From IMG/VR virus record IMGVR_UViG_3300044946_000014: a stretch of 64,000 nt of DNA; one strand, written 5' to 3'. The first letter of the stretch is position 1, and every line of letters begins with the position of its first letter. The notes beneath the pieces were generated by a model. That model saw only the letters and a list, made by a program, of their open reading frames with translations, had not been told where the DNA came from and made no database searches. Of the stretch, positions 43,735 to 53,975 are shown one piece after another. This DNA comes from an uncultured virus (IMG/VR IMGVR_UViG_3300044946_000014) (lineage: Duplodnaviria; Heunggongvirae; Uroviricota; Caudoviricetes). Position numbers and translations under genes: made by a program.

Positions 43735-44474
43735 TTCACCTCCAGTTCGATCCATTCACCGGCCTCGACATATTGCAAACATGTGGCGAGATCGAAATTC
43801 CATGTCTCGCGCGCAAATCCGCTTTCCGAAACAATATATGACGATCCATCATTATCGACCTGAACGTATTCAGTTTCGTCTAGAAAACCATCCACGTGAC
43901 GGAAACGACGGCAGTGTGGTGCACCTTTGATAAAACGCTTGATCCAGTTAATCATTTCGTCTCCACGAAAACTGCCTTGAACCCCTGCGCCGCCGCCCAT
44001 GCCTCAGCAGTTCCCGCAGAACCAAAGAGCTTAGGCTCGTCTTCCCACATGCAGAAGAACCAGCGCCTGCGGCCGAAGCGGCGGAATTCGATGGTGTTTT
44101 TCATAAGCTCCTTGCTCAATTCATCAGACCGCATACGAGCCACTTCAGACATACCGTCGCGTAGTTCCGAGAATAAGCGCCGTTTCTTGGCCATCATTCA
44201 TCTCCGAAAGCCGCCGCGCGGGCATGGATTGGTCACGCGGCCTCCGCATCGTTAGGCAATTCGACAACATCGAGCCACTGCTCTCGGATTCCGCCGGCGT
44301 CGAAGTAATGTCTACGGCCTTCCTTGGGAAACTCGACAAGCGGAATGGGATTATTGGTCATCGATCGCATATGTCCACGCACAATACCAATTCGTCCGCA
44401 CACGCGCCTCTGAAAATCAATACGGAAGGACTCGATCTCACTGTCTTTGATTTTCACTTTTGCACCTTTCGGAA

Positions 44475-44915
44475 TCATTTTATTTCCTCCAATTCAGTTT
44501 GTTCCAGTCCCATCTCTCGACGCGTCTGCGCCAACAGTTCTGCCTCAGTCCCGTACCGTCGCTCGAATTCCGCCGGCCCCGCATGAAACGCCACACCCCA
44601 GCCGCCGAGGCGGTGATGTGCGACGCAAAGTGGGATCGTGTCGCGATTGCTTGATCGCTGGCCGGCACCAGCCAGGTATCGCACGTGATGCACTTCTGCC
44701 GGCGATCCATCGAAGCCGAGATTGCGGCAGACGATGCAGCAAAGGCCCGCGACGATTCCCATATGCTCGCGTTCCGCTTTAGTTTTCGACTTCACTCGCG
44801 CCTTGATCGCAGTCTTGCGCGCGGGCTTGGTGCCTTCGGGCAGAGGTGCTGACTTACGCGACCAGATACCGCGAGCCATCGGAGCTTTACGCGGGCCGAA
44901 ACCGGAGCGCTTCAC
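44475..44915 (-). CDS. Ref/DUF968-like HNH recombination nuclease
   Basis: CCIVC...AEVHH...IPLCVAHHR...FERRYGTE. Confidence 0.8.
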   Translation of the reverse strand: MKRSGFGPRKAPMARGIWSRKSAPLPEGTKPARKTAIKARVKSKTKAEREHMGIVAGLCCIVCRNLGFDGSPAEVHHVRYLAGAGQRSSNRDTIPLCVAHHRLGGWGVAFHAGPAEFERRYGTEAELLAQTRREMGLEQTELEEIK

Positions 44916-45182
44916 GATTCTCTCCATGCTTCCAAAGCAGCGCATATAAAGAAATACGCAGCAAGAACAAAGGCGACCCCATCGTTCAAATGGGGCGATG
45001 CCATGACCCAGCCCAATATCACATAGGGGTAGGCTTTTTTCATTTCGCCATCCACCCAAGATAGAAGCCGACCATAGGAGCCGTCCAGATCGCGAGAAAC
45101 TTCCATCCGCGCGAATGGTGTTGAAGCCAGCTCGGATACAGCAACGCGATGCTGATGAATGAGAGTATGCAGATGCCATCCT

Positions 45183-45677
45183 TCACAATTCACCTCCAAA
45201 CGCAGCGGGCAACGTGGCATGAATTCCGATGTCTTTGCTCCACTGGATAAAATCCTGAGGGCTGATATCCGACAAACTCTCGACATCGAATACTCTGTAA
45301 ATCTCGTTCTTGATCTCATCGACGCGTTCTTCTGGGGATAGTATCGTGCTGGGACAAAGTGCTGCCCGTACCTTCGGGTTATGCCACCAGCCAGACTTGT
45401 AGAGCACCGCATAGTGCTTGCCGTGATCATCTACCTTGGCCACGTTATTTCCCATGGCCGTGGTATCGCGCTGCACCGGCTGTTCGTCGTCACCGATCTC
45501 GACGAGCACCGCCGCAACGCGATGCCCTGCGATCTTGCCGCTCTTGCACTTAAGATGGCGAAATGCCTCCAGATCCTCCGGCGTGATCCAGAATTTGACC
45601 CATGCACCATTGGCAGACGATTCGCCCCAATTCATGAGCTGCATCTCGCCATTGAAGATGGTTGGAACGTCGCTCAT
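45183..45677 (-). CDS. hypothetical protein
   Basis: coupled ORF; AVLVEIGDDEQP motif. Confidence 0.55.
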   Translation of the reverse strand: MSDVPTIFNGEMQLMNWGESSANGAWVKFWITPEDLEAFRHLKCKSGKIAGHRVAAVLVEIGDDEQPVQRDTTAMGNNVAKVDDHGKHYAVLYKSGWWHNPKVRAALCPSTILSPEERVDEIKNEIYRVFDVESLSDISPQDFIQWSKDIGIHATLPAAFGGEL

Positions 45678-46082
45678 GCCGCTTCCTCCAATGCCCGTCC
45701 AATGATCTCGATTCCCTCTGCCACATCTTCATCACTGACACCCAGATAGGTTGACCGAAGCATTTCAGTCAATGTGCCAGCCTCGCGATGTTCACGAAGA
45801 TCTTCGTAGATCAGATCGGGATGGTTGCCATATTCGCAGTGCCATAACGAAAACATTCCGTTGGCATTGTCAAACGCGTACCAGTTCGAGGTGCTCCATC
45901 GAGCGTAACTCATACCTTCCTCCCCACACACTCAGCCAGCGAGAGTTCTTCGGGCCTCTCGGCCATGTCCTTCAGCTCGGTTGCGAGTGCCGCAGCCTTC
46001 GGGTTGTTCAGAAAACCCTTCGCTGACGCTTCCGCGATGGCGTGCGTCGTGTTGCTGATGCGGACGATCAGTTCGGCGGTGT

Positions 46083-46394
46083 TCATGCTTGCTCCGTTTT
46101 GATGGCACAGGAACGAAAATCCTCGCTGCCCGTCTCGATGTGTTCGAGGTTCCCACGCCTATTGGTCTTGAACTTGCCTTTCGGCAGAAACACTCGGTCG
46201 AACTCACCATGCCACTTTCCGCACTCGGTAGGCGATCCATCCGCGAATCGCGTAGGCATGCATGCGCTACAAAGTTCCATACCGCGACGATTTTCGATGC
46301 CGGCCCAGTCGAACCACCTCGGCGGCGTTCCTGGTTGCATGCCCAGCGCCGTATTCTCGCAGCATCCGCAGTAATCGCATTGGTAGAGGCTCAT
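46083..46394 (-). CDS. Cys-rich hypothetical protein
   Basis: MSLYQCDYCGCCENTA, LCSAC, GKWHGEF. Confidence 0.6.
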   Translation of the reverse strand: MSLYQCDYCGCCENTALGMQPGTPPRWFDWAGIENRRGMELCSACMPTRFADGSPTECGKWHGEFDRVFLPKGKFKTNRRGNLEHIETGSEDFRSCAIKTEQA

Positions 46395-46612
46395 CGTTGT
46401 TCCTTTCTTCTCAAGTTCGCAAACAGTCTCCTGATTCCATATGATTTAAGGAAGGAGACTGCTGTAAAAATCCCCGTCAAGCTGATGTTGTCGATCAGAT
46501 TCACGCGCATCCCGTAATGGGGGAGGACGATATAATTCGTGACCATGCTCAGAACGCATCCAGCGATAGCGCTCGTGGCCGCTTCGATCATCGAGACTCG
46601 ACGGGACTGCAT
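46391..46612 (-). CDS. small membrane protein
   Basis: MQSRRVSMIEA...YGIRRLF, two hydrophobic helices. Confidence 0.65.
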   Translation of the reverse strand: MQSRRVSMIEAATSAIAGCVLSMVTNYIVLPHYGMRVNLIDNISLTGIFTAVSFLKSYGIRRLFANLRRKEQR

Positions 46613-46614
46613 TG

Positions 46615-47115
46615 CTAGACTGCCTCCGCGTTGCTCTTTGCGATCAGGCGTGCGTCGTCCTCGCGGGAGGCGTGTTCGGCGAGGCCCGTATCAGCGATGG
46701 TGTAGTGATGCGGATTTCGGTCGGCGTATTGCTCGCGAATCTTCGGCATCAACGCTTCGAAGTCGGCGCGTACCCTTGCGAGTTCGCCATGAAGACTAGG
46801 TGGCCGATCATCGATCAACTTTCCCGAATGCTTGGCATCGAGAAGAATGCCGATGCAGGCGAGGGCATTCGCCAGGTGCGGCGTTCCGTCAGCCGGATCA
46901 AGCTCTTCGCCTTCCCACCATGCATCCATATGGCGATCAAGCGCAGCTCGATATACCGATGCGCGAGCGCCCGCAGCCCGGTAGTTCCACGCGCCATATT
47001 TCACGTTCCCGAGGTAATGGGCGATGGCCTGATATGCCTTGACAATCGGCGAAACAAGGTGATTTGGCAGCTTGTTTGTCGCGATGGCGTCCTTAGGATT
47101 GGTCGGCTTCGTCAT
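46615..47115 (-). CDS. dATP/dGTP diphosphohydrolase-domain protein (DUF5664-like)
   Basis: TNPKD...KLP.HL, GNVKYGAWNYR, RHMDAW.EGEELDP.DG.PHLANA. Confidence 0.8.
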   Translation of the reverse strand: MTKPTNPKDAIATNKLPNHLVSPIVKAYQAIAHYLGNVKYGAWNYRAAGARASVYRAALDRHMDAWWEGEELDPADGTPHLANALACIGILLDAKHSGKLIDDRPPSLHGELARVRADFEALMPKIREQYADRNPHHYTIADTGLAEHASREDDARLIAKSNAEAV

Positions 47116-47423
47116 GCCGCCACCTTTTCCACGATATCCGCCGCATGCAGCACGACAAGCCCATACTTCCGTGCAGTGATGTATTCCATCTGCGCGCCGT
47201 TCGAAAAGATCCAGCCGGGAAGCAGGGCGATTGCATGGCACGATTTCACGGCCGGCAAGTCGATCAGCATGCACTCCATCCAGTCGGCATCCTCGGCTGG
47301 ATTCAGTTCCCAAGGGTTCACCACGTCATAGCCGAGGGATCGCAGACGAGCAGTTTCGGACTCGAACAAAGGACGGTTCCCGTGCGGGATGTCAGTGATC
47401 GGGCCTGACAGATATACTTTCAT
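47112..47423 (-). CDS. DUF4406 nucleoside 2-deoxyribosyltransferase-like protein
   Basis: VYLSGPIT, VVNP, LPGW..SNGAQME. Confidence 0.85.
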   Translation of the reverse strand: MKVYLSGPITDIPHGNRPLFESETARLRSLGYDVVNPWELNPAEDADWMECMLIDLPAVKSCHAIALLPGWIFSNGAQMEYITARKYGLVVLHAADIVEKVAA

Positions 47424-47647
47424 GCTGCCTCCCGTTTATCCGTCAGCCCCGCAAGATAATCAAGACTGACGCCAAAGAATCGAGCAAATTCAAGAAGCGA
47501 CCAATATGCTGGGGTACGCAATCCGCGCTCCAACATCGAGACGCCTTGAGGATGAAGGCGACATTTTTCCGCCAATGCCGTTTGGCTCAATTTCCGCTCT
47601 TTGCGAAGCTCACGTAAGCGCGTATTGAATGTTGGATCATGGCTCAT
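47420..47647 (-). CDS. XRE family HTH regulator
   Basis: RLRELRKERKLSQTALA...ERGLRTP...VSLDYL. Confidence 0.88.
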   Translation of the reverse strand: MSHDPTFNTRLRELRKERKLSQTALAEKCRLHPQGVSMLERGLRTPAYWSLLEFARFFGVSLDYLAGLTDKREAA

Positions 47648-48012
47648 TTCGTCACCTGGCTAATAAGAGAGGCAAAGTGATTGGTCTGGCGCCCAGCTCG
47701 CCTGACCTTGATCAATGCCTTGTTGTTTTGGTAATAGCGAGCGTTCGTGGCCTTACGGTTCTGCACAAACGGCTCGGCGTCCGGCCGATTGCCAATCGCA
47801 TAGATACCCGCCGCAAGCCCAGCGATGCCCGTTTGCGGCCTCCAGTCCTTTACGTAGAAGTGCTTCTTCTTTCCTGAGCGTGAAGTACTGATACACGAAC
47901 CAATCGTCTTAACTGGCTTTCCAAGTTCTTCCGCCAGTTCCCGAGCCGTCATCGGCCCGTATTCCCTGATTGCGCGCTTGATCGCGTCGCGCGTAGTTGG
48001 TTTGGTTGGCAT
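47644..48012 (-). CDS. winged-HTH protein
   Basis: GPMTARELAEELG. Confidence 0.6.
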   Translation of the reverse strand: MPTKPTTRDAIKRAIREYGPMTARELAEELGKPVKTIGSCISTSRSGKKKHFYVKDWRPQTGIAGLAAGIYAIGNRPDAEPFVQNRKATNARYYQNNKALIKVRRAGRQTNHFASLISQVTK

Positions 48013-48491
48013 TACGCAGCCTCCCGATGTTTCCAATACTCACGCTCCACCACGGCAAGCGCAGCATTCATCTCGCCAATCGTGATGATCTTCAGTTGCT
48101 CGATCCACGTCGTGATGGCCTGCTCAACGGTCGAACGATCCACACCCGACACGAACGCCAGCTTTCCTGTCTCGTGATACGCCGGCACCATACGGCGCAT
48201 CGCTTCGTGTGCGGCATCGAACAGATCGCGCGCTTCGGGGCCGAGGCCGGCGCGAGCTAGCAACCAGCCGTGATTCAAGCAATTGGCGACCACATCCCAT
48301 TGATCCTTCGTGCCATGCCCGCGCGTAACAGCATCCAGAGCGGTGAGGGCGGCCATCTCGAACTCATCGGAGAAGTCCTCGGTGACTGCCTGCTTCATGA
48401 TCCGATTGCGCTCGATGGTCATCAGGCATGAGTGCAGCCTCACTGGCTTCGGTCGATATGCCTTACGCGATTTCTTGCTTGCTGCCATCAC
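48012..48491 (-). CDS. hypothetical protein
   Basis: coupled ORF, RKAYRPKPV basic N-terminus. Confidence 0.55.
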   Translation of the reverse strand: MMAASKKSRKAYRPKPVRLHSCLMTIERNRIMKQAVTEDFSDEFEMAALTALDAVTRGHGTKDQWDVVANCLNHGWLLARAGLGPEARDLFDAAHEAMRRMVPAYHETGKLAFVSGVDRSTVEQAITTWIEQLKIITIGEMNAALAVVEREYWKHREAA

Positions 48492-48898
48492 ACACCTCCT
48501 AACGTTGCCGCCATTTCACGCGCATGCGCCGCCCAAACATCAATCGATCCTTCAAGCGTCCATTCGTAACCAGGCCAATCACCGCCCGCGTCGTCCACCA
48601 ATCCGGCAGATGGCCAAACTGCGCGCCACTCGTCTCGATCCTTACGGAAGAACAGAACCGGCACGCGTTGCTCGGCCTTTGCCTGCTTAACCGCCTGATC
48701 CCACCAACCGGCGATTTCAGCGCGCGTCGCCGTCGCATGTCGCTTCACTTCCGGCGTGAAATGGGGAATGCCTTCGAGGTCGGCCTCTCCGTCGAGCTGG
48801 CGCACCTTGCGCTTCACATCCCAGCCGGTCAGGTCGCGCACGATGGCTGCGATCTCCCTTTCACCGACCTTTCCCTTCGTCCGAGACTTCATTCCCAT
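48488..48898 (-). CDS. PD-(D/E)XK Holliday junction resolvase-like
   Basis: SRTKGKVGERE, ADL, EVKR, WDQA motifs. Confidence 0.8.
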   Translation of the reverse strand: MGMKSRTKGKVGEREIAAIVRDLTGWDVKRKVRQLDGEADLEGIPHFTPEVKRHATATRAEIAGWWDQAVKQAKAEQRVPVLFFRKDRDEWRAVWPSAGLVDDAGGDWPGYEWTLEGSIDVWAAHAREMAATLGGV

Positions 48899-49111
48899 CT
48901 TTCACTCCGTAAGTACTGCTTAGTTCGTTGGGTGGATTGCTTGGCGTTTATTCGCCTTCTTACTTCGCCGCCCACCTATCGCATGTCTGGCCGCCCACTA
49001 CGAACATCCAGACCGGGCGATGCTTACAATTCCGCAAGCCAACGCGATAGTGCGATTCGTTGCCCGGATTCTTGGTCGCGTGTCGGCAGGTGCGACATTG
49101 GCGAACAGCGC

Positions 49112-49852
49112 TCACGCTTCTTTCCCTGTCGCATTGAAAATCGCTTGCCGCGCGATGCTCAACTTATTGAACGGAACTTTCCCGGTCTTCTTTTCCTCTT
49201 CAACAATGCTCAGTGCCCAGCCGATGTTGGCGCCACCCGGAGCCCGCTTGAATGCTGCCGATGCCCCAAGCTCTTGCAGCCTCTGCGCGCCATACTCGCG
49301 GGTCGATACTGCTGCACCTGGTGCGGCCAAGGCTGCAACTCGCTCAGGCACCGGCAGAACCGCGCCTTCCAATACCACCTTCAGCGCTGACTCAAAACGC
49401 GGCTTGATGCTTGAAAACGTCTGGCTGATCATGTCGAATTCACCAACCTTGACAGCCGCCCAATAGATCGCCGGATTACTCCATACGTCTTTGCCGTGCT
49501 GTCGCTTACGCATCTGTTCGATAGCCTCGTAGATTGCGGCATCGACGTTGATCTGTGGCTTGCATGCCTTCATGAATTCGGTGATGGAAGGCGGCCAATC
49601 GTACGATTTGCGGCAGACCTTCAGCCCTTCGGAAATCATCTGAGGCGTCAAACCTTCTTCATCGAATGCCTCAGACCAAGAATCCCGCCAGTTCGCCACC
49701 GCTTGCTCGTTAGCAAATGCGGCTCGCCAACGATTCGGATACGCGCCGTCGAAGCGATTGAACAAATGGTCCATGAGCGAGATTCCGAGCTTCGGATGCT
49801 GCTCAAGCCAGAGGCTTTGCTTAAACGTCGATGTAGTCGTCGGGGCGTTCAT
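49112..49852 (-). CDS. replication protein P-like
   Basis: downstream of initiator; WPPSITEF...C motif. Confidence 0.7.
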   Translation of the reverse strand: MNAPTTTSTFKQSLWLEQHPKLGISLMDHLFNRFDGAYPNRWRAAFANEQAVANWRDSWSEAFDEEGLTPQMISEGLKVCRKSYDWPPSITEFMKACKPQINVDAAIYEAIEQMRKRQHGKDVWSNPAIYWAAVKVGEFDMISQTFSSIKPRFESALKVVLEGAVLPVPERVAALAAPGAAVSTREYGAQRLQELGASAAFKRAPGGANIGWALSIVEEEKKTGKVPFNKLSIARQAIFNATGKEA

Positions 49853-50582
49853 GGTCGGTTACTCGATCTTTGTTCACGTATGCAACGGGGTCGAATTTTC
49901 GATTTCCTCCCGATGCTTGGACATTTCCTTTGCCAGTCAACCAAGAGGCATCAAACCCACCCCATCCACGTGTACAACAAAGGCGTATCACGGCGTCCAT
50001 CGTCATCTCGGCTTTTATCGCTTCAGCCTGTACGCCGGCAAGAGCGGTTTCCGTAGGCTTCAGTCGCTTGCCTTTACGAAGGTCTAGCCAGTCCCTTGCG
50101 ACTTTCGGGTCAACACCCGCAGATTCGAGATGCGCCTGCGCATCGAATCGCGAAGCGTGCTGCGTTTTAGGTTTTACTTCTTCTCTATTCTTCTCTTCTC
50201 TATTCTTCTCTAGGCCGTTACCGTCACGTTTCTGTAACGTTACATCGCCGTTACCTTCCATAAGTCTTTGTTTTTCACGAAATTTTGCAACGCGGCCAGC
50301 GCTCGAATCACTTTTCTTCTGGCGATCACTCCACGCGTTGATGACGACCTCGCCAGATTCGTTCAAAACAACAAGTTCACGCTGTAACAACTCATGTAAC
50401 GTTACTGAAGCGTTACGGCGAAGAGCCCAATCAATGCTCTGTTGAGTGAGTTTCGTATTGCCATCGGCCTCCGCAGTGGTCGCAACCATCAGCAATTCCA
50501 TCCACGTGCGGAATTGCGCGTCCGAGAGAGTTCCGACCTTCGGGTCATTCAGCATCTCACCGTAAAGACGACACCATTCCAT
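49821..50582 (-). CDS. replication initiator (O-like) with internal origin repeats
   Basis: WCRLYGEMLNDPKV, RVAKFRE; GTTAC/GTAAC and TTCTCT repeats at ~50175-50260. Confidence 0.75.
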   Translation of the reverse strand: MEWCRLYGEMLNDPKVGTLSDAQFRTWMELLMVATTAEADGNTKLTQQSIDWALRRNASVTLHELLQRELVVLNESGEVVINAWSDRQKKSDSSAGRVAKFREKQRLMEGNGDVTLQKRDGNGLEKNREEKNREEVKPKTQHASRFDAQAHLESAGVDPKVARDWLDLRKGKRLKPTETALAGVQAEAIKAEMTMDAVIRLCCTRGWGGFDASWLTGKGNVQASGGNRKFDPVAYVNKDRVTDHERPDDYIDV

Positions 50583-50872
50583 CAACGTTCCTTGCTTGTT
50601 CTCAATCGTTTCGCAGCAAAAGTTCACACTGAATTCCAACGAATCGAATCCCCTGTTTCTTCGCCTGCTTCCAAATCTTGTTCGGTGACAGGTTAGCGAC
50701 GTGAGCCAGACGCTTCATGCACTCGTTGACGCCGCCGGCCGGGTAGTGCTCGCGCAGGACGCGAAGCTCGCCGGTCGTCCAGTGGTGGTAAGGGCGTGTC
50801 ATACAAACACCCATGCGCCACCGAACATGAGCCGAATCATGGCGAGTGCCCAGAAGTCGATCAGAAAGTCGA

Positions 50873-51250
50873 TCATGCTGTCAGTCCTGCCTGCTTAAGC
50901 AATTCCACAAACTGCGGACCGAAAGCCTGAAGGGCCTCCATCGCCGCTACCTTTTTGCTGCTTTTATCGCCGACGTACTTCTCGACGAGGTAATAGATCG
51001 GCGTCAAATCGCCGGTCTTATCGAGATACTTCTCCAACGAATCGACGGAGAAATGGCGCGACATATCGTCCGAAAGTTGGACGCTCAAATTGCTCGGCGC
51101 CTGGTCAAGGTCGATTGCTATTCGCTTAAGACCTCGCTGATAGACGCCCGTCGCCACGCAGTCTCGAAGACTTGCGTAACGGTCCACGAGCCCTGGCTCG
51201 AAGTCCAAAACAAGTTGCCCTTCCTTGGGCCTGATAAGCGCCGATTTCAT
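50873..51250 (-). CDS. CII-like regulatory protein
   Basis: LKRIAIDLDQAPSNLSVQL HTH; position between cro and replication genes. Confidence 0.65.
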   Translation of the reverse strand: MKSALIRPKEGQLVLDFEPGLVDRYASLRDCVATGVYQRGLKRIAIDLDQAPSNLSVQLSDDMSRHFSVDSLEKYLDKTGDLTPIYYLVEKYVGDKSSKKVAAMEALQAFGPQFVELLKQAGLTA

Positions 51251-51485
51251 TTGTTATCGCCCCTATTCACCAGTTATCAATGTTCTTGATGAAAAATGAC
51301 GCCATCGACGCCACTATCACTTTAAGACTACTTACAGCATGAACAGCTTTCACGGCCCGCTAGAAGCAAACCGTACTTTCATAAAAAAGAGCGAGATCCT
51401 CTTCGCTCAAAACATCGCACATCGGGGTGTTGTGCGACGCCACAACTTGGTGCGAGTCGTCGTTGCCGACGCGCTCGCGGATTCA

Positions 51486-52454
51486 TCAAATTCCCGCGAT
51501 CAACATCTTTGCTTCACGGATCCGTTTCTCGCATTCTTGAAGATAAGCGGTGCGGGCTTCTTGCTCCGTCGCGAAGTTGCCAATTCGAGTCGATCCGACC
51601 ATCACCTGATACGGTCGCAGAGTACATTTCTTGTTATACGTCCAGCCTCGACCATGCCCGAGCCTCGACTTCCTATTCGGATTGGCTTTAGCCTTGGCTG
51701 CACGTATATGGCCCGGAGTCTTGATATATCCATCTTTCACGTTCTGACTCTGCGTGCAGATATAGACGTTGCCAACCGAATACGAACCATTGTCGCCCTT
51801 ACGGGCCATAACATAGCCATTGCCACGGCCTCTCTCTTCCCACTTGCCAGACTTCTGCCAAACTGCCCACCACTGCGGGAAAGTCAGAGAAAATTCAATG
51901 TTCCGAAAGGTGCTATTCTTCCTGTGCTGAACGTAAGCCTTAGTAGCTTTGTTGGATGTCAATCGAACGCCAACCCCAAGAAGAGTCTCAAGAGAGGAAT
52001 AAATGCATCCGTAGACGCGGAGGCATTGCTCATCTCGGCGAGCGATGATGCGTGTAGAGCGCGCAACCTTTCGGGCCGCCGAATTGATAGCGATGCCGCC
52101 ATCGAGTCGCGTAATACCACGAGCGGAAATTATTTGGCGGACACGTTCTCGCGTTACACCGTGGATCTCGCCAATTTTCTTGAGGCTCAATCCGGCAGAA
52201 TATGCGTCAATCATTTGCTGTGCGCGGGATTCCGATGTAAGCGACTTTGGCTGGATGCGCTTTCGCTTTGCGCCAGCAGCACGAGCGGCATTGTAGATAG
52301 TCACGACATGTACGCCGTACTTTTCCGCGATTTGACTGGTCGGAATGCCCTTATTCCAATCTTCCGCGAACATGTCAAACGTCAAAATCTTTCGCGCCTT
52401 ACGGGCATTCTGATCGCAGTCGCGGCAATTTGCGGGGACGGTCGTGTAGGCCAT
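51486..52454 (-). CDS. HNH-type homing endonuclease with HTH/sigma70-r4 and AP2-like domains
   Basis: GVTRERVRQI; FSLTFPQWW..W...MARKGD.GSYSVGNV.I....QN; IGNFATEQEARTAY. Confidence 0.7.
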   Translation of the reverse strand: MAYTTVPANCRDCDQNARKARKILTFDMFAEDWNKGIPTSQIAEKYGVHVVTIYNAARAAGAKRKRIQPKSLTSESRAQQMIDAYSAGLSLKKIGEIHGVTRERVRQIISARGITRLDGGIAINSAARKVARSTRIIARRDEQCLRVYGCIYSSLETLLGVGVRLTSNKATKAYVQHRKNSTFRNIEFSLTFPQWWAVWQKSGKWEERGRGNGYVMARKGDNGSYSVGNVYICTQSQNVKDGYIKTPGHIRAAKAKANPNRKSRLGHGRGWTYNKKCTLRPYQVMVGSTRIGNFATEQEARTAYLQECEKRIREAKMLIAGI

Positions 52455-52742
52455 TTAAGCCACCGTTCGGGATTGTTTGACCTTGCGGCTGGACGTGCCC
52501 GCCGACTCTTGCACATCATCGCTGGCGACGATGTTCTCTATGCCGTTACCCCATATATCGGGGCGCAACTCTGCCAGCGTAAAACGCGAATCCTGTCTGA
52601 CAATTTCTTTGCAGAGTTCTGTGCCGGGACGCCGGGCGCCACGAGCGCAGTGGTACAGATAGTCATGATTGACCTCCAAAGACTGAGCGAACGCCTCACG
52701 ATCTGGGCGTTTCGTCTGCTTGAAGTAAGTCTTGAGGTCCAT
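52455..52742 (-). CDS. cro: Cro/YdaS-like repressor
   Basis: short HTH ending ELRPDIW, divergent from CI-like gene. Confidence 0.8.
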   Translation of the reverse strand: MDLKTYFKQTKRPDREAFAQSLEVNHDYLYHCARGARRPGTELCKEIVRQDSRFTLAELRPDIWGNGIENIVASDDVQESAGTSSRKVKQSRTVA

Positions 52743-52776
52743 GCCGCCATCCAAAGGTCTGCGTATGGGATCAGTA

Positions 52777-52793
52777 TAGACCAAAAAGGACTA
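52777..52793. promoter_or_regulatory. OR operator
   Basis: TAGACC-AAAAA-GGACTA near-palindrome overlapping TATACT (-10) on minus strand; matches OL site. Confidence 0.7.
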
Positions 52794-52849
52794 TTGCATA
52801 GGACTTTTTGCGCGTTTATCAAATTGATCTGCGTTGGTAGGGTTGAGTC

Positions 52850-53347
52850 ATGAAAACGTGCCGACAAATACGCTACGAAAACGCGCGAACACTCATCGTC
52901 AAGGATGGCCCTGCGAACTTCGCCAGGAAGATTTCGAGCGCTACCGAAGACGTTATGACGCCCCAGCAAGTCAATTCTTGGGGCGGCCCCAATCCGCGAC
53001 GAGGGATTGGCGATGACATTGCGAGGCGCATCGAGCGAGCATATGAGAAGGAAGAAGGATGGCTTGACCATGAGTGGATCGGCGCTGGCGAAACGCAGAA
53101 CAAAGGCCAAAATCGGGCTCTGAGTAACGAAGCAAAAAGTTTGATTGTGTGTGTCGAGCGTCTGGATGTCCTTGGCGACTTGGCTAGGAAAACATTCACC
53201 TACCATACGGGTTTGCTCTTACTTTCTTTGGCTTCTGCTGAGTTGCAGACTGGCGCAGTGCGGTCCCAAATGTTGGAAGAGATAGAGCGTCTGCTGGGTC
53301 CGACACAAACGGATTCCACGGGGGCATCAAATGAACGAAAGAGCTAA
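52850..53347 (+). CDS. CI-like immunity repressor (no recognisable S24 peptidase domain)
   Basis: IRYENAR.L, RGIGDDIARRIE...GWLD HTH; divergent from cro. Confidence 0.75.
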   Translation: MKTCRQIRYENARTLIVKDGPANFARKISSATEDVMTPQQVNSWGGPNPRRGIGDDIARRIERAYEKEEGWLDHEWIGAGETQNKGQNRALSNEAKSLIVCVERLDVLGDLARKTFTYHTGLLLLSLASAELQTGAVRSQMLEEIERLLGPTQTDSTGASNERKS

Positions 53348-53504
53348 CGGCGCCATTATTGATCTAGCGCAATACCGGCAGCGAATCTTGCAACAACAGC
53401 AACGGAGCGAGCTGCATCGAGATATCTCGGATGCGCTCCTTGATACAATTTCCTATCACATCCTGATGGCCGCCCGAGCCATCGCGGCCTCCAAGACCAA
53501 GTAA
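53331..53504 (+). CDS. small protein co-transcribed with repressor
   Basis: 57-aa ORF MNERANGAIIDLAQYRQR..., overlapping the CI end, followed by terminator. Confidence 0.5.
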   Translation: MNERANGAIIDLAQYRQRILQQQQRSELHRDISDALLDTISYHILMAARAIAASKTK

Positions 53505-53523
53505 GCATCTCCAGTTAAATATA

Positions 53524-53548
53524 GAGCCCGCTTCGCGCGGGCTTTTTC
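53524..53548 (+). terminator. intrinsic terminator
   Basis: AGCCCGC-TTCGC-GCGGGCT-TTTT. Confidence 0.8.
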
Positions 53549-53623
53549 ACGTGCTCAAGATGCATGACTATCGGCATGAAGTGTTCGATTAAAAACAATT
53601 ATGCTGATGATGGGGCAAAAAGG

Positions 53624-53652
53624 TTTGCAAATAGACCAATAAGGTCTAAGAT
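53624..53652 (+). promoter_or_regulatory. pL promoter with OL operator
   Basis: TTGCAA...TAAGAT with perfect palindrome TAGACC-AATAA-GGTCTA (53632-53648) in the spacer. Confidence 0.75.
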
Positions 53653-53713
53653 TCATTCCAAGGCAGTACACGACGTCACGACAGACGAACAACGCAATCG
53701 AAGGGGCAACGAC

Positions 53714-53947
53714 GTGAACGCAGAGACCGAAGCAATCGATACGGACAGCGTCCCGGCCGGCATGGTCGAGGTCAGCGAAGAGAAGTTTTTTGCCGTCATG
53801 GGACCGCGTGACGTGCATCCACGCGCGAAGCCTGATCGCAGCGTTTGGGAAATGCCGAATCGCACGGTGCTCGGCCACTCGATGCCGGGATACCTGGCAC
53901 CGACTGGAAAGCCGAAGCTCTTCTTTCTGACGGCCAGTCTCGCCTAA
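53714..53947 (+). CDS. hypothetical protein, first gene of pL operon
   Basis: AAGGGG RBS + GTG. Confidence 0.55.
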   Translation: MNAETEAIDTDSVPAGMVEVSEEKFFAVMGPRDVHPRAKPDRSVWEMPNRTVLGHSMPGYLAPTGKPKLFFLTASLA

Positions 53948-53975
53948 CAACCGCTCCCGCTACAGGAGAAAGACC

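Noticed and set aside
51339..52853. 504-aa + strand ORF
   Set aside because: Antisense shadow over cro and the HNH gene; no motifs; crosses the operator region.
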